Assembly: GCA_963788655.1 (NCBI GenBank)
Contig: CAWBHS010000088.1
Location: 255,580 to 319,579, forward strand
DNA from: an uncultured Verrucomicrobiae bacterium
Lineage (GTDB): Bacteria > Verrucomicrobiota > Verrucomicrobiia > Limisphaerales > JAFGQR01
Direction: 5' to 3'
DNA length: 64,000 bases
Below the pieces are notes generated by a model. It was not told where the DNA came from, did no database searches, and saw nothing but the letters and a program-made list of their open reading frames with translations. This document shows, piece by piece, positions 1-9,914 of this stretch. The position numbers and the translations under genes are program-made. Positions within the stretch are counted from its first letter, which is position 1; each line of letters begins with the position of its first letter.

Positions 1-549
1 GCGGGTGGCTCGGACCCTGACGACGAACACCGCCCCGTCACGGACATGGTCCCGGATCCCGTCGCTCATACGGGCAGGGTCGCGCTCGGCTCGCGGGTGC
101 GTCCCGGCTGGTTCGCTCAAACCCACGCGCACCCCGAGTGGCAGGGCAAGGCGCTGCTCGACATCCTTCATCGAGGTGACGATCACCGCGCCGGCCTTGC
201 CCGCACGGCCGCGACGGGCGTCCTCGACCGCTACGGCCTCGGCGCGTCGGCGGAGCAGGCGTTCGACACGCTCTCCGGCGGTCAGCAGGCGCGCTTTCAG
301 GTGCTGCTCATCGAGCTCGCAGGCGCCACTCTGCTGCTGCTCGACGAGCCAACCGACAACCTCGACCTCGAGTCGGCGGAGTCCCTCGAGGTTGCCATCG
401 CGGCGTTCGAGGGCGCGGTCATCGCCGTGACACACGACCGCTGGTTCGCCCGCTCCTTCGAGAGATTCCTCGTGTTCGGGGAGGACGGACGGGTCGTAGA
501 AAGCGCCGAACCCGTGTGGGACGCGGGACGCGTCGACCGCGAACGCTAA
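1..549 (+). CDS. ABC-F family ATP-binding protein, C-terminal part (5' truncated by window edge)
   Basis: LSGGQ signature, Walker B LLLLDEPT, H-loop VTHDR; frame open from base 1. Confidence 0.85.
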   Translation, partial: AGGSDPDDEHRPVTDMVPDPVAHTGRVALGSRVRPGWFAQTHAHPEWQGKALLDILHRGDDHRAGLARTAATGVLDRYGLGASAEQAFDTLSGGQQARFQVLLIELAGATLLLLDEPTDNLDLESAESLEVAIAAFEGAVIAVTHDRWFARSFERFLVFGEDGRVVESAEPVWDAGRVDRER

Positions 550-570
550 CGACGGCTTAGGCTCGATTCC

Positions 571-1755
571 GTGAATCCCTTCGAGCAGCTCACCCTCGAC
601 GACCTCCGTAGGCGAACCTCCATCAAGTGGACCCGCTACGACCCGGACGTTCTGCCGCTGTGGGTAGCCGAGATGGACGTTGCCCTTGCTCCGCCGGTAC
701 GCGAGGCGCTCGAACGCGCGGTGCGCGACGGCGACACGGGCTACGTCGGCTCGGCCCCGTACCCCGAGGCGTTCGCCGCGTTCGCGGAGCGTCGGTGGGG
801 TTGGGGCGTCGACCCGGGGCTCATCGCGCCCGTCTCGTCCGTCATCGAGGGGTACACGCACGCGCTCGTGCTCGCGACCGATCCGGGCGGCGAGGTCGTG
901 GTCAACCCGCCCGTGTACCCGCCGTTCTTCAGCCACCTTGAGGCGGCGGGGCGCACGCTACGCGAGGCCCCGCTCGGCGCCGACATGCGGCTCGACCTCG
1001 ACGCACTCGGCGAGGCGTTCGCCGCGGCTACCGCGCCAGCGACGCCGGGAGGCGTGCGTCGGCGTGCTGGTTTCCTCCTGTGCAGCCCGCATAATCCCGG
1101 CGGCACGGTCCACACGCGGGAGGAGCTCGCGGCCGTCGCGGTGCTCGCGGACGCCTACGGCGTAGCCGTCGTCTCGGACGAAATCCACGCCCCGCTCGTG
1201 TACTCCGACGCGGAGTTCACCCCGTACCTCGCCGTTTCCGATTCGGCTATCGCGCTCCACGCGGCGTCCAAGGCGTTCAACCTCGCCGCGATCCCCGCGG
1301 CCCTCGCCGTCGCGGGGGAGGGCTCGCGCGAGTGGCTCGCACGCTTCCGTGCTGCGGTGCATCCGTGGCCGACGCACTTCGGAGCGATCGCCCAGGCGGC
1401 GGCCTATGCCTCGGGCGACGCGTGGCTCGACGACCTTCTGGGCGGGCTCGAGGCAAACCGGGACGAGCTGGAGAGGGTCATTGCCTCGGACCTTCCGGGG
1501 GTGTCGGCGCATCACGCGGAGGGGACGTATCTCGCCTGGCTCGACTTCCGCGGCATCGCCGACGCCGGCGGCAACGACCTGGGCGACGACCCGGCCGCGG
1601 TTCTACTGGAGCGCGGCAGGGTCGCGCTCAACTCTGGTCCGACGTTCGGCACGGGCGGCGCCGGTCACGCGCGACTCAACTTCGCGACGCACCCCGAAAT
1701 TCTCTCCGAGGCTCTGGAGCGCGTCGCGTCCGTCGTCGAAGTAGAAGGGCGCTAG
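571..1755 (+). CDS. MalY/PatB family PLP-dependent C-S lyase (cystathionine beta-lyase-like)
   Basis: SIKW, LPLWVAEMD, LCSPHNPGG, SDEIH, ASKAFNL (PLP Lys), EGTYLAWLD, RLNFAT motifs; TAGGCT 7 nt before GTG. Confidence 0.9.
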   Translation: MNPFEQLTLDDLRRRTSIKWTRYDPDVLPLWVAEMDVALAPPVREALERAVRDGDTGYVGSAPYPEAFAAFAERRWGWGVDPGLIAPVSSVIEGYTHALVLATDPGGEVVVNPPVYPPFFSHLEAAGRTLREAPLGADMRLDLDALGEAFAAATAPATPGGVRRRAGFLLCSPHNPGGTVHTREELAAVAVLADAYGVAVVSDEIHAPLVYSDAEFTPYLAVSDSAIALHAASKAFNLAAIPAALAVAGEGSREWLARFRAAVHPWPTHFGAIAQAAAYASGDAWLDDLLGGLEANRDELERVIASDLPGVSAHHAEGTYLAWLDFRGIADAGGNDLGDDPAAVLLERGRVALNSGPTFGTGGAGHARLNFATHPEILSEALERVASVVEVEGR

Positions 1756-2654
1756 CCCCACGGCAGCGGGATCTCCGGGTACAGCGTCGCGTCGTGAAGC
1801 TCACTGAGCGGCGCGCCGCCCGCGCGGATGCCGAGCCACCGCATGGGCCCGGGGCTCTCCGCGCCCGCACACCAACTCCGCCGTACGCCCTGATCGACGC
1901 GCACCGCGCTCCCCGCGCGCACGGGAACGATCTCGTCGTCGAGCGCCATGACGCCCTCTCCCTCGAGAAACAGATAGAGCTCCTCGATGGTGGCGTGCGA
2001 GTGCCAGTAGTGCGCGCCCTCGCCGGGTTCGCGGGAGTTCACCGTCACGCCGATGAACTCGAGCGGCATCTCCTTGTCCAGCACGCGCCGTCCGGGGGCC
2101 GACGTGGCCTCGGAGTGGCCGCCGAAGGTGTCGCCCCATGCGCTCCGTGGTCCCGCCTCGACGCGCTGGCATCCCTCGGGGAGCGGAGCGTCAACCGGGT
2201 GGATCGTGAGCGGCGGCTCCCCGGGAGACCACGGAAGGGGGATGTCGCGCAGCGGCATCGCGTCAGACGGGATGGCCTCGATCGTCCCGCGCCCCGCGCG
2301 GATGCAGATCCAGGCGAGCGGGGCGGGACTCTCGGGTAGGCAGTACCAACTGCGCATGACGCCTTGACCCACGCGAATCGCGGAACCCGGCCCCACGCGG
2401 AACACCTCGTCCCCGAGCAGCATCGCGCCGTCGCCGTCGAGGAAGACGTACAGCTCCTCGAGCACCGAATGCGCGTGGCGGTAGTCGGCGCCCTCGCCAG
2501 GCAGGCGCGAATTCACCGTGATTCCCATGTACGTGAGGGGGAGTTCCTTCTCGACTACCCGACGCCCCTTCAGCGAGGACTCCGGACGGAAGCCGCCGTA
2601 GAACTCGCCCCACTGATCGATCGATCCCACGTCAATAACCTCGTAGCCCGCCAT
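1752..2654 (-). CDS. Tandem double cupin-domain protein
   Basis: Two homologous halves (GRRVVEKE..HAHSVLEELYVFLDG / GRRVLDKE..HSHATIEELYLFLEG), each with HxH..EE metal motif. Confidence 0.8.
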   Translation of the reverse strand: MAGYEVIDVGSIDQWGEFYGGFRPESSLKGRRVVEKELPLTYMGITVNSRLPGEGADYRHAHSVLEELYVFLDGDGAMLLGDEVFRVGPGSAIRVGQGVMRSWYCLPESPAPLAWICIRAGRGTIEAIPSDAMPLRDIPLPWSPGEPPLTIHPVDAPLPEGCQRVEAGPRSAWGDTFGGHSEATSAPGRRVLDKEMPLEFIGVTVNSREPGEGAHYWHSHATIEELYLFLEGEGVMALDDEIVPVRAGSAVRVDQGVRRSWCAGAESPGPMRWLGIRAGGAPLSELHDATLYPEIPLPWG

Positions 2655-2711
2655 GCTCTCAACTCCTCTCCGCCATGCACCAGCCTAGGGGCCGCGTCAG
2701 GCGATAGAAGA

Positions 2712-2745
2712 GCGGGCGCCCGGGTCGGGGAACCCGGACGCCCGC
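2712..2745 (-). terminator. Putative intrinsic terminator after the cytochrome b module
   Basis: GCGGGCGCCCGGGT-loop-ACCCGGACGCCCGC hairpin ~20 nt past stop at 2766; TCTTCT follows on minus strand. Confidence 0.55.
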
Positions 2746-2765
2746 CGTAGCGAGATAGAAGAGTC

Positions 2766-3695
2766 TCACTCCTTGTTCCTGCGGTAGTAGGTGCGCCACA
2801 CCAGCTTGTAGACGGGGATCTTCTCTGGAATGGCCCGGAGACCCGGGATGAACGGCACGAAGATCACCACCACCACGACGAGTCCCATCATGATGAAGAT
2901 CAGCGCGTCGGCGTTGTCCGAGGACTTGAACGGCTCCACCTGGTACCAGAACGACACGGGGGCTAGCCACGGCTGTCCCGGGTAGTTGCCCGAGGAGTTG
3001 ATCATCCCGAACTGGTCGCCGCCGAGGCTTCTGGCCACGGCCTGATCCTCGAGGTAGGTGCCGTCAGATAGCAGGAGCAGCGCCTTGGTGTCGTTGCCGC
3101 CGTAGAACGTTCCGGAGAGCAGTTGTTCGAGACCCCCCGACTTCGCGAGGGTCAAGGAAGGCGGAGCCGAGCTCGGGAACCGGGCCGTAGTCGCCGCTCC
3201 CTGCGCTCGCAGGATCTCCGCCCGCGGCATCGATCGCGTCGGCGTAGGCGGTGGCCCACGCCGTTTGTTGGTCGGCGGACGCGGCCTTCCACTGCCGCGA
3301 GCGCCGACGGTAAGGGCCGAGTCGCCCATGACGCTCTCGAGCGGCGTGATGACCAGATCGTTGGCCGAATTGATCGGCACGGTCACTCCGCCCCATCGCT
3401 GGGACGGGATGGGACCGAAGAACTGGCCCGAGGAATTCGAGTTGTACGGCGGGCCGTACCCCGCGCTCTCGGACGTTCCGGCGAGCTCCGCGACCGCGGT
3501 GGTCACCACGTCGTTCGGGGCGGCGGTCGCCCAGGCCTTCATGGTGATCGCCTTCTCGTCCGGCGACGAGAAAACCGCCGCGAGTCCCAGGGCGAGGATG
3601 AGGATCACCGCGAACGCGATCACGCCCTCCTTGACGAGGTCGTATCGCCGCGTCGGGAAGTCGTGCGAATCGGGGGTGGGCTTCCTGGCGCTCAT
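2766..3695 (-). CDS. Membrane protein, cytochrome b6 subunit-IV-like partner with large extracytoplasmic insert (two compensating frameshifts near 3160 and 3300)
   Basis: N-terminal TM (YDLVKEGVIAF..SSP), C-terminal PGQPWLAP..WYQ then TM ending VPFIP; ATGA overlap with cytochrome b gene; the alternative frame (QWKAASADQQTAWATAY...) reads as the plausible middle. Confidence 0.6.
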   Translation of the reverse strand: MSARKPTPDSHDFPTRRYDLVKEGVIAFAVILILALGLAAVFSSPDEKAITMKAWATAAPNDVVTTAVAELAGTSESAGYGPPYNSNSSGQFFGPIPSQRWGGVTVPINSANDLVITPLESVMGDSALTVGARGSGRPRPPTNKRRGPPPTPTRSMPRAEILRAQGAATTARFPSSAPPSLTLAKSGGLEQLLSGTFYGGNDTKALLLLSDGTYLEDQAVARSLGGDQFGMINSSGNYPGQPWLAPVSFWYQVEPFKSSDNADALIFIMMGLVVVVVIFVPFIPGLRAIPEKIPVYKLVWRTYYRRNKE

Positions 3696-4363
3696 TTCTC
3701 CGCCTCCGTCACTCCGATGGGGGGAACGATGCCCCGGCGTCGCACGAGCAGGATGTGCCAGCCGATGAGGATGGCGAGCCCGAAGGGCAAGACGACGATG
3801 TGCCACAGGAGCATTCGCGCCGGATCCAGCACGTTGAAGAAGCCCCCGACGCCGATCGAGTTAATCCCGTCCTTCGCCTGCGCGGCGATCCACTGAGACT
3901 CGAAGTTCGTGGTCGACAGGTACCCGGTGAACGCCGTCCCCACGGAAAGGAGGAACGCGATCATCCCTGTCATCCAGGTGGTCGCCCGCTTGCCCCGCCA
4001 GGCCGCCATCCAGAACTTTCCCCACAGGTGGATGACGAGGACCACGAAGAAGATCTCGACGCTCCACAGGTGAACCGAGTTGACGTAGTGCCCGAGCGCC
4101 GACGTGTGCCACCAGACGCTCCCGCCTATGGAAAGGGCGATGCCAGAGGCGACGATGACGACGAGCGAGGCGAGAGTCGCCATTCCGAAGACGTAGATCC
4201 ACGACTGCATGTACGCCGGCTGGCGGTCGGGGAGCCACTGGCCCTTGGGCACGAGTCCGGTAATCCTGTCGCGCAGGACGACGGTCCAGTTGGCCTCAGG
4301 ATTCCGGGGAGTCTCCGGCGCGGAAGACGTGGTCGAGGAGGTCTTGGCTGGCGCGGCGGTCAT
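3692..4363 (-). CDS. Cytochrome b N-terminal (b6-like) di-heme membrane protein
   Basis: His pairs SVHLWS...VIHLW and LWHIV...GWHIL; TWMTG and AFTGYL motifs; 223 aa. Confidence 0.85.
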   Translation of the reverse strand: MTAAPAKTSSTTSSAPETPRNPEANWTVVLRDRITGLVPKGQWLPDRQPAYMQSWIYVFGMATLASLVVIVASGIALSIGGSVWWHTSALGHYVNSVHLWSVEIFFVVLVIHLWGKFWMAAWRGKRATTWMTGMIAFLLSVGTAFTGYLSTTNFESQWIAAQAKDGINSIGVGGFFNVLDPARMLLWHIVVLPFGLAILIGWHILLVRRRGIVPPIGVTEAEK

Positions 4364-4536
4364 TTCTTGCCTCCGCGCTTGGTTCCGTCGCGCCCCCCGG
4401 GGAACGGCAGGACGAGAGCCGCGACGAATATCGCGACTCCGATGAGAACGATGATGACGTTGGCCACGGAGATGTGGAAGGAGCCGACGTCGAAATATCG
4501 ACCCGAGCCTTCCGCCATGGCAAGTGCGAGATGCAT
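4360..4536 (-). CDS. 58-aa single-TM protein (not in ORF track), first gene of cytochrome b operon
   Basis: MHLALAMAEGSGRYFDVGSFHISVANVIIVLIGVAIFVAALVLPFPGGRDGTKRGGKK; AGAAGGAG RBS; TGA overlaps cytochrome b ATG. Confidence 0.75.
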   Translation of the reverse strand: MHLALAMAEGSGRYFDVGSFHISVANVIIVLIGVAIFVAALVLPFPGGRDGTKRGGKK

Positions 4537-4599
4537 GAGTACCCACTCCTTCTGGGCGTCGGCCTCATCCCTTGGGGTCTAGGCGTCCTCAACTACGCT

Positions 4600-4615
4600 A
4601 TGCCCGGCGGGGTAT
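4600..4615 (-). promoter_or_regulatory. CsoR/CstR-type operator candidate 1 (degenerate)
   Basis: Minus strand ATACCCCGCCGGGCAT overlapping TAGCGT -10-like box; second degenerate copy AGACCCCAAGGGATGA at 4565-4580. Confidence 0.55.
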
Positions 4616-4695
4616 ACCTATCTGAGAGTTTTCTCAGATAGGCGATGCTCAGGCGTGCGGTGTCCGCTTGAGCGGGAGCCGCCTAGGCTCGGCAC

Positions 4696-6579
4696 ATGAC
4701 AGTACGCGGAGGCGGTAGCGGTGGGCGCGGGGGCGTGTCCCGGCTCGACATCGAAGGCCAGAAGGCCATCAACGCGGAGGCACCGCCCATCGCGCACCTG
4801 TGGCGCCGCGTCGGCAGCCTCTTCGCGCCGTACCGCTCGCGTATCGTCGCGACGGGCGCCCTCGTCGTCGTCACCTCCGCCGTCGCCGTTATCCCGCCGC
4901 TGATCGTCAAGCGGGTGTTTGACCGCGCCCTGTTCCCCGCGGACGGCACGGGACCCCACGTCACGCTGCTCGCCGAGCTCGTCGGCATCATGGTGGGCCT
5001 CTACATCGCGAACGCCGGGCTCGGCATCTGGCAGACGTGGCTGACCTCAAACGTCGGCAACCGCGTCTCGGGCGACCTGCGCGTGCTGTTGTTCACCCGG
5101 CTGCAGGCGATGGATCTCGCGTTCTTCACCCGCACCAAGACCGGGGTGATTCAGTCGCGCCTCCAGAACGACGTCGGCGGCGTCTCCGGCGTGCTGACCA
5201 ACACCGTCACGTCGATCGTCGGGAACACCGTCACGGTGGCGGCCTCGCTCGTCGCGATGCTCCTGCTCGACTGGCGCCTGACGCTCATCGCCGTGGTGCT
5301 GCTACCCGCGCTCGTCGTGGTCCAACGGCGTGTCGGACAGGTCAGGGCGCGGATAGCGTCGGCCACACAGGAGTCCCTCTCGGAGCTCACGTCGATCACG
5401 CAAGAGACGCTCAGCGTGTCCGGGATACTCCTGAGCAAATCCTTCAACCGTCAGCGCTTCGAGACCGAGCGTTACTCGGCCGAGAACCGCAACCAGATTT
5501 CGCTCCAGGTGCGCCAGGCGATGAGCGGGCAGTGGTTCTTCGGCGTCGTGCACGTGATCATCGCGAGCGTGCCCGCGGCGATCTACCTCGCGGCCGGTCT
5601 GCTGGCGGCTCGCGGATCCGGCGGAGCGGCACCCGCGATCACGGCGGGCACGATCGTGGCGTTCACCGCGATCCAGGGACGCCTGCTGTTCCCTCTCATG
5701 GGATTGATGCGCGTGGCGCTCGACATCCAGACGTCGCGCGCGCTCTTCGCTCGCATCTTCGAATACCTCGACCTCGAGCCGAGCGTCCGGGACGCCGAGG
5801 ATGCGATCGCCGTCGCGGACGCCCCCGGCCCCGTCGGGCGCGTTGAGTTCGACGCCGTCACCTTCCGCTACCCCGACGCCTCGCCCGAGTCGCGCCCGAC
5901 GCTCGACCGGGTGTCGTTCGTCGCCGAGCCGGGCCAGCACGTCGCGATCGTCGGCCCCAGCGGTGCGGGAAAGACGAGCATGCTGTATCTGGCCCCGCGT
6001 ATGTACGAGGCCTCCTCGGGGCGCGTCCTATTCTCGGGCGCGGACGTCCGCACCCTCACGCACGAGTCCGTGATCGACCACATCGGGATCGTCAGCCAGG
6101 AGACGTACCTGTTTCACGCCTCGATTGCGGAGAACCTGCGCTACGCGAAGCCGGACGCCGCGGACGCGGAGCTGGAGGCGGCCTGCCGCGACGCGAACAT
6201 CCACGACCAGATCATGAGCTTCGAGCGCGGCTACGACACCATCGTGGGAGAACGCGGCTATCGCCTGAGCGGGGGAGAGAAGCAGCGCATTGCGATCGCG
6301 CGCGTCCTCCTCAAGGACCCTCCCGTCCTCCTTCTTGACGAGGCGACCTCGGCTCTCGACACCGTCTCGGAGCAGGTGGTGCAGGCGGCGCTGGACCGCG
6401 CGTCGCGCGGACGGACCACCATCACCGTGGCGCACCGGCTTTCTACGGTGGACGACGCCGACGTCATTCACGTTGTCGAGGCGGGTCGCGTCGTGGAGTC
6501 AGGAACGCACGAGGAACTCCTGGGCGCGAATGGGCTGTACGCCCGGCTCGCCCGTCAGCAACGCGACTCCGTCGGCTAG
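4696..6579 (+). CDS. Fused ABC exporter (TM + ATP-binding), MdlB/MsbA-like
   Basis: N-terminal TM domain, GPSGAGKT, LSGGEKQR, LLLDEATS, VAHRLS. Confidence 0.92.
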   Translation: MTVRGGGSGGRGGVSRLDIEGQKAINAEAPPIAHLWRRVGSLFAPYRSRIVATGALVVVTSAVAVIPPLIVKRVFDRALFPADGTGPHVTLLAELVGIMVGLYIANAGLGIWQTWLTSNVGNRVSGDLRVLLFTRLQAMDLAFFTRTKTGVIQSRLQNDVGGVSGVLTNTVTSIVGNTVTVAASLVAMLLLDWRLTLIAVVLLPALVVVQRRVGQVRARIASATQESLSELTSITQETLSVSGILLSKSFNRQRFETERYSAENRNQISLQVRQAMSGQWFFGVVHVIIASVPAAIYLAAGLLAARGSGGAAPAITAGTIVAFTAIQGRLLFPLMGLMRVALDIQTSRALFARIFEYLDLEPSVRDAEDAIAVADAPGPVGRVEFDAVTFRYPDASPESRPTLDRVSFVAEPGQHVAIVGPSGAGKTSMLYLAPRMYEASSGRVLFSGADVRTLTHESVIDHIGIVSQETYLFHASIAENLRYAKPDAADAELEAACRDANIHDQIMSFERGYDTIVGERGYRLSGGEKQRIAIARVLLKDPPVLLLDEATSALDTVSEQVVQAALDRASRGRTTITVAHRLSTVDDADVIHVVEAGRVVESGTHEELLGANGLYARLARQQRDSVG

Positions 6580-7049
6580 GCGCGCTCTGCTGCCTTCGTG
6601 GCCAATGCGATCGCGATGTCCGTGAGGTCGGCGCCGGAGGTGTCGATCACGGCGATCTGGATGAAGCGGTCGTCGATGACCATCCCGACGAGTTCGCCGT
6701 GGCCAGCAAGGTAGGCGTCTGTCGCTCCCGGGATCGTGATGTCGGTGCTCGATCCGAGTTGGGACTCGATATCCGAGCGCTGGGTCGCGACCTGGGCTCC
6801 GCCGTTGCTGACGAACACCTGCACGATCGGATACCCGCCGCCGACGGGCCGCCAGGCGCACACGGCTTGCGAATCGTTCGACAGGTCGTCGTCGAAATCG
6901 GCGCGCTGCATGGCGACGCCGGTCGTGTCCGCGACGATGGAACGCGACAGGAGGCTGCACGGGTCGGAGAAGGGGTCCGTGCTGCACGCCGTGAGGCTCA
7001 GAGTTCCCGCCAAGGCGAGTAGCGCAATCGTTGGCGTGGTTCTCTTCAC
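6576..7049 (-). CDS. Putative lipoprotein (DUF3558-like)
   Basis: Signal peptide with lipobox LTAC; DPCSLL and CAW motifs; GAAGGAG RBS. Confidence 0.65.
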   Translation of the reverse strand: MKRTTPTIALLALAGTLSLTACSTDPFSDPCSLLSRSIVADTTGVAMQRADFDDDLSNDSQAVCAWRPVGGGYPIVQVFVSNGGAQVATQRSDIESQLGSSTDITIPGATDAYLAGHGELVGMVIDDRFIQIAVIDTSGADLTDIAIALATKAAERA

Positions 7050-7194
7050 GGTTCTTCTCCTTCGTGGGCGTCGAGGTTCGGAAGTCAGCCTAATGCCCCG
7101 CCGAAATGGCGATTACTGCGGTCCTGGTGTCGCATTGCTCACAAGACGCGGCATTTTCCTACCCCGTACCCGTTCGCGTCGCTATCTTGCGAAG

Positions 7195-7854
7195 GTGACA
7201 GTCCTTGGGCAGCTGACCGCGACCATCGCCGACATGGCGGAAAATCGTCGCGTTCTTGTCGCGTTCGACGGGCCCGACGGCTCGGGGAAAACGACGATGG
7301 CGAACCGCGTCGCAGCCGCGCTTCCCGGTCCCGTCGTACGGGCATCGATCGACGGGTTCCACCGCCGCCGCGAGGTTCGGATGGCGCGGGGGATCGATTC
7401 TCCCGAGGGGTACTACCGGGACTCGTTCAACCTCGAGGCGCTCGAGGACGAGCTCCTCGCGCCGTTCTTGTCTGGCAACGGGCTCGTGCGAACCCGCGTG
7501 TTCGACTACCGCACGGATCAGGACGTCGAGGAGGAGTACGAGCACGTACCCCCGTCCGCGACGCTGATCGTCGACGGCGTGTTCCTTCTGCGCCCCGAGC
7601 TTCGGCGCTGGTGGAATCTCGGTGTCTATATCGACGTGCCGGAAGACCTCGCGGTGCAGCGGGCGGTCGAGCGCGACGCGGACCTGTTCGGTGGGCCAGA
7701 GGAAGCCGAGATGAAGTACCGGTTGCGGTACATGCCGGGGCAGGCCCTCTATCGCATGGAGGCGCACCCGCTGGATGCCGCCCTCATCGTCATCGATAAC
7801 ACGGACCCCGATCGCCCCGAGATCGCCAAGTGGGACGTGGCCGCGCACGTCTAG
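7195..7854 (+). CDS. Uridine kinase family P-loop protein
   Basis: FDGPDGSGKTT, ASIDGFH, LIVDGVFL, RYMPGQ; start GTG 7195 or ATG 7234. Confidence 0.8.
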   Translation: MTVLGQLTATIADMAENRRVLVAFDGPDGSGKTTMANRVAAALPGPVVRASIDGFHRRREVRMARGIDSPEGYYRDSFNLEALEDELLAPFLSGNGLVRTRVFDYRTDQDVEEEYEHVPPSATLIVDGVFLLRPELRRWWNLGVYIDVPEDLAVQRAVERDADLFGGPEEAEMKYRLRYMPGQALYRMEAHPLDAALIVIDNTDPDRPEIAKWDVAAHV

Positions 7855-7866
7855 CGCGGGCGCCAC

Positions 7867-9849
7867 TTACCAGATCGACACCCGCTCCTCAGGAGCAAGC
7901 CAGAGCGCGTCGTCGGGCCCAACCTCGAACGCCTCGTACCAGGCGTCCATGTTGCGCACGACACCGTTAATGCGGAACTCCTCCGGCGAATGCGGGTCCG
8001 AGTTGATTTGCGTGATGAGCGCCTCGTCGCGTCGCTTCGTTTGCTCGGTGACGGCGTATCCAATGAAGTAGCGCTGGATGGCGGTATACCCGTCGAGCTC
8101 GGGAGCGCCATCCAGGCTGCCGCCGCGCGAGATCGCGTACGCCTTGAGGCCAATCTCCACGCCCGCGAGGTCGCCGATGTTTTCCCCGATGGTCAGCGCC
8201 CCGTTGACATGGTGCTCCGGTCCGAGCTGGGCGGGGGAGTAGGAGTCGAACTGCGCGATGAGGGCCTTGGTGCGCTCCGCGAACGCCGTGCGATCCTCCT
8301 CCGTCCACCAGTCGTCGAGGCGGCCCTTGCCGTCGAACTTCGACCCCTGATCGTCGAAGCCGTGCCCGATCTCGTGGCCGATCACGCTGCCAATGGCGCC
8401 GTAGTTCGCGGCGTCGTCGGCCTCGGCGTCGAAGAAGGGCGGCTGAAGGATCGCGGCGGGAAAGACGATCTCGTTTCCGGTCGGGTTGTAAAACGCGTTG
8501 ACCGTCTGAGGGTTGGTGAACCACTCGTCGCGGTCGGTAGGGCGCATGAGGCGCCCCCAGTCGTAGTCCTCTTCGAAGGCGGACGCCGCGCGGACGTTGG
8601 CGAGAAGGTCGCTCGGGTCGAGGTCGAGCCCGGAGTAGTCACGCCACGTGTCGGGGTAGCCCACCTTCGGCGTGAACTGGTCGAGCTTGTCGAGCGCCCG
8701 CTGGCGGGTCGCCTCGGTCATCCACTCGAGGTTCGTGATGGATTCGCGGTAGGCGGCCACGAGGTTCCCGACCAGCTCGTCCATCCGCGCCTTGTGGCTC
8801 GGCGGGAAGTGCCGCTCCACGTACACGCGGCCCACGTCCTCGCCGAGCACGCCGTCCACGAGGGCAACCCCTCGCTTCCAGCGTTCCCGCTGCTGGGGCG
8901 CTCCCGTCAGGGCCGTGCCGTAGAAGTCGAAGTTCGCGCGGGAGATCTCGGGTGTCAGGTACGGCGACCGCGAGGAGACGACGCGCCAGCGCAGCCACGC
9001 CTTCCACTCGTCGAGGCCGAGCTCGGCGGAGCCGCCCGGCCACAGCGTCCCGAGCGCCTCCATGAACGAGGGCTGCTGGACGACGAGCTTGTCGCGCCCG
9101 CCCGCCGGGATGAGCAGGGCGTCCGCCCAGGTCGTCCACGGAAAGCCGGGGACGCTCGTTGCGAGAGCGTCGAGCGTCGTCGGGTTGTACGTCAGGTCTG
9201 CCTCCCGGGACTTGACGATGTCCCAGTGGTGCGACGCCATCGCCGTCTCGAAGGCCAGGACGTCCGCTCCGGTGAACGACGCGTCGCCGAGGACGTCAGC
9301 GGTGAGGGAGGCCATCCGGTCGACGTGCGCGACGTACTTGTCCCGCACCTCCTGGTGCTGATCCTCGCGGTAGTACGCCTCGTCGGGCAGGCCGATGCCG
9401 TCCTGTCCCATCCACAGGACCATGCGGTCGGGGTCGCCGGGGTCCGCCCACACCTCGCGGGCGACGACGCCGGTTACCCCCGATCGCGCGAGGGTGCCGA
9501 GCGCGGCCGCGAGGCTATCCGGCGTCGTGGCGTCGTTGATGAGGGCGAGGTCGGGGGCGAGCGGCGACGTACCGAGGGCTGTGCACGCCTCCTCGTCCAT
9601 GAAGCTCTGGTAAAGCGCCCCGATCCTCGAATCGGCTGGGGCGTCGACGATGATGTCGCGCACGCGTTCCTCGGACACGTCGCGGAGGCGGTAGAAGTGC
9701 CCGTCCCCGGAGCGATCATCGGGGATCACATGCGTCTCCAGCCACGGTCCGTTGACGAACCGGAAGAAGTCGTCTGCGGGGCGAATGGTGTCAGAGAACG
9801 TGGCCGGATCGATTCCGGAGTGCGTCGAAGCGTCGGGGGCGGCAGTCAT
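7867..9849 (-). CDS. pepO: M13 family zinc metalloendopeptidase (PepO/Zmp1-like)
   Basis: DDFFRFVNG, VNAFY, HEIGH, GENIGD, DPHSP motifs. Confidence 0.92.
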   Translation of the reverse strand: MTAAPDASTHSGIDPATFSDTIRPADDFFRFVNGPWLETHVIPDDRSGDGHFYRLRDVSEERVRDIIVDAPADSRIGALYQSFMDEEACTALGTSPLAPDLALINDATTPDSLAAALGTLARSGVTGVVAREVWADPGDPDRMVLWMGQDGIGLPDEAYYREDQHQEVRDKYVAHVDRMASLTADVLGDASFTGADVLAFETAMASHHWDIVKSREADLTYNPTTLDALATSVPGFPWTTWADALLIPAGGRDKLVVQQPSFMEALGTLWPGGSAELGLDEWKAWLRWRVVSSRSPYLTPEISRANFDFYGTALTGAPQQRERWKRGVALVDGVLGEDVGRVYVERHFPPSHKARMDELVGNLVAAYRESITNLEWMTEATRQRALDKLDQFTPKVGYPDTWRDYSGLDLDPSDLLANVRAASAFEEDYDWGRLMRPTDRDEWFTNPQTVNAFYNPTGNEIVFPAAILQPPFFDAEADDAANYGAIGSVIGHEIGHGFDDQGSKFDGKGRLDDWWTEEDRTAFAERTKALIAQFDSYSPAQLGPEHHVNGALTIGENIGDLAGVEIGLKAYAISRGGSLDGAPELDGYTAIQRYFIGYAVTEQTKRRDEALITQINSDPHSPEEFRINGVVRNMDAWYEAFEVGPDDALWLAPEERVSIW

Positions 9850-9914
9850 GGGCCCAGCCTAGGCGAGCGGAGTGCCCTTCGCCCCCGGGGCGCGAGTCCT
9901 GGCAGAATGTGGCC

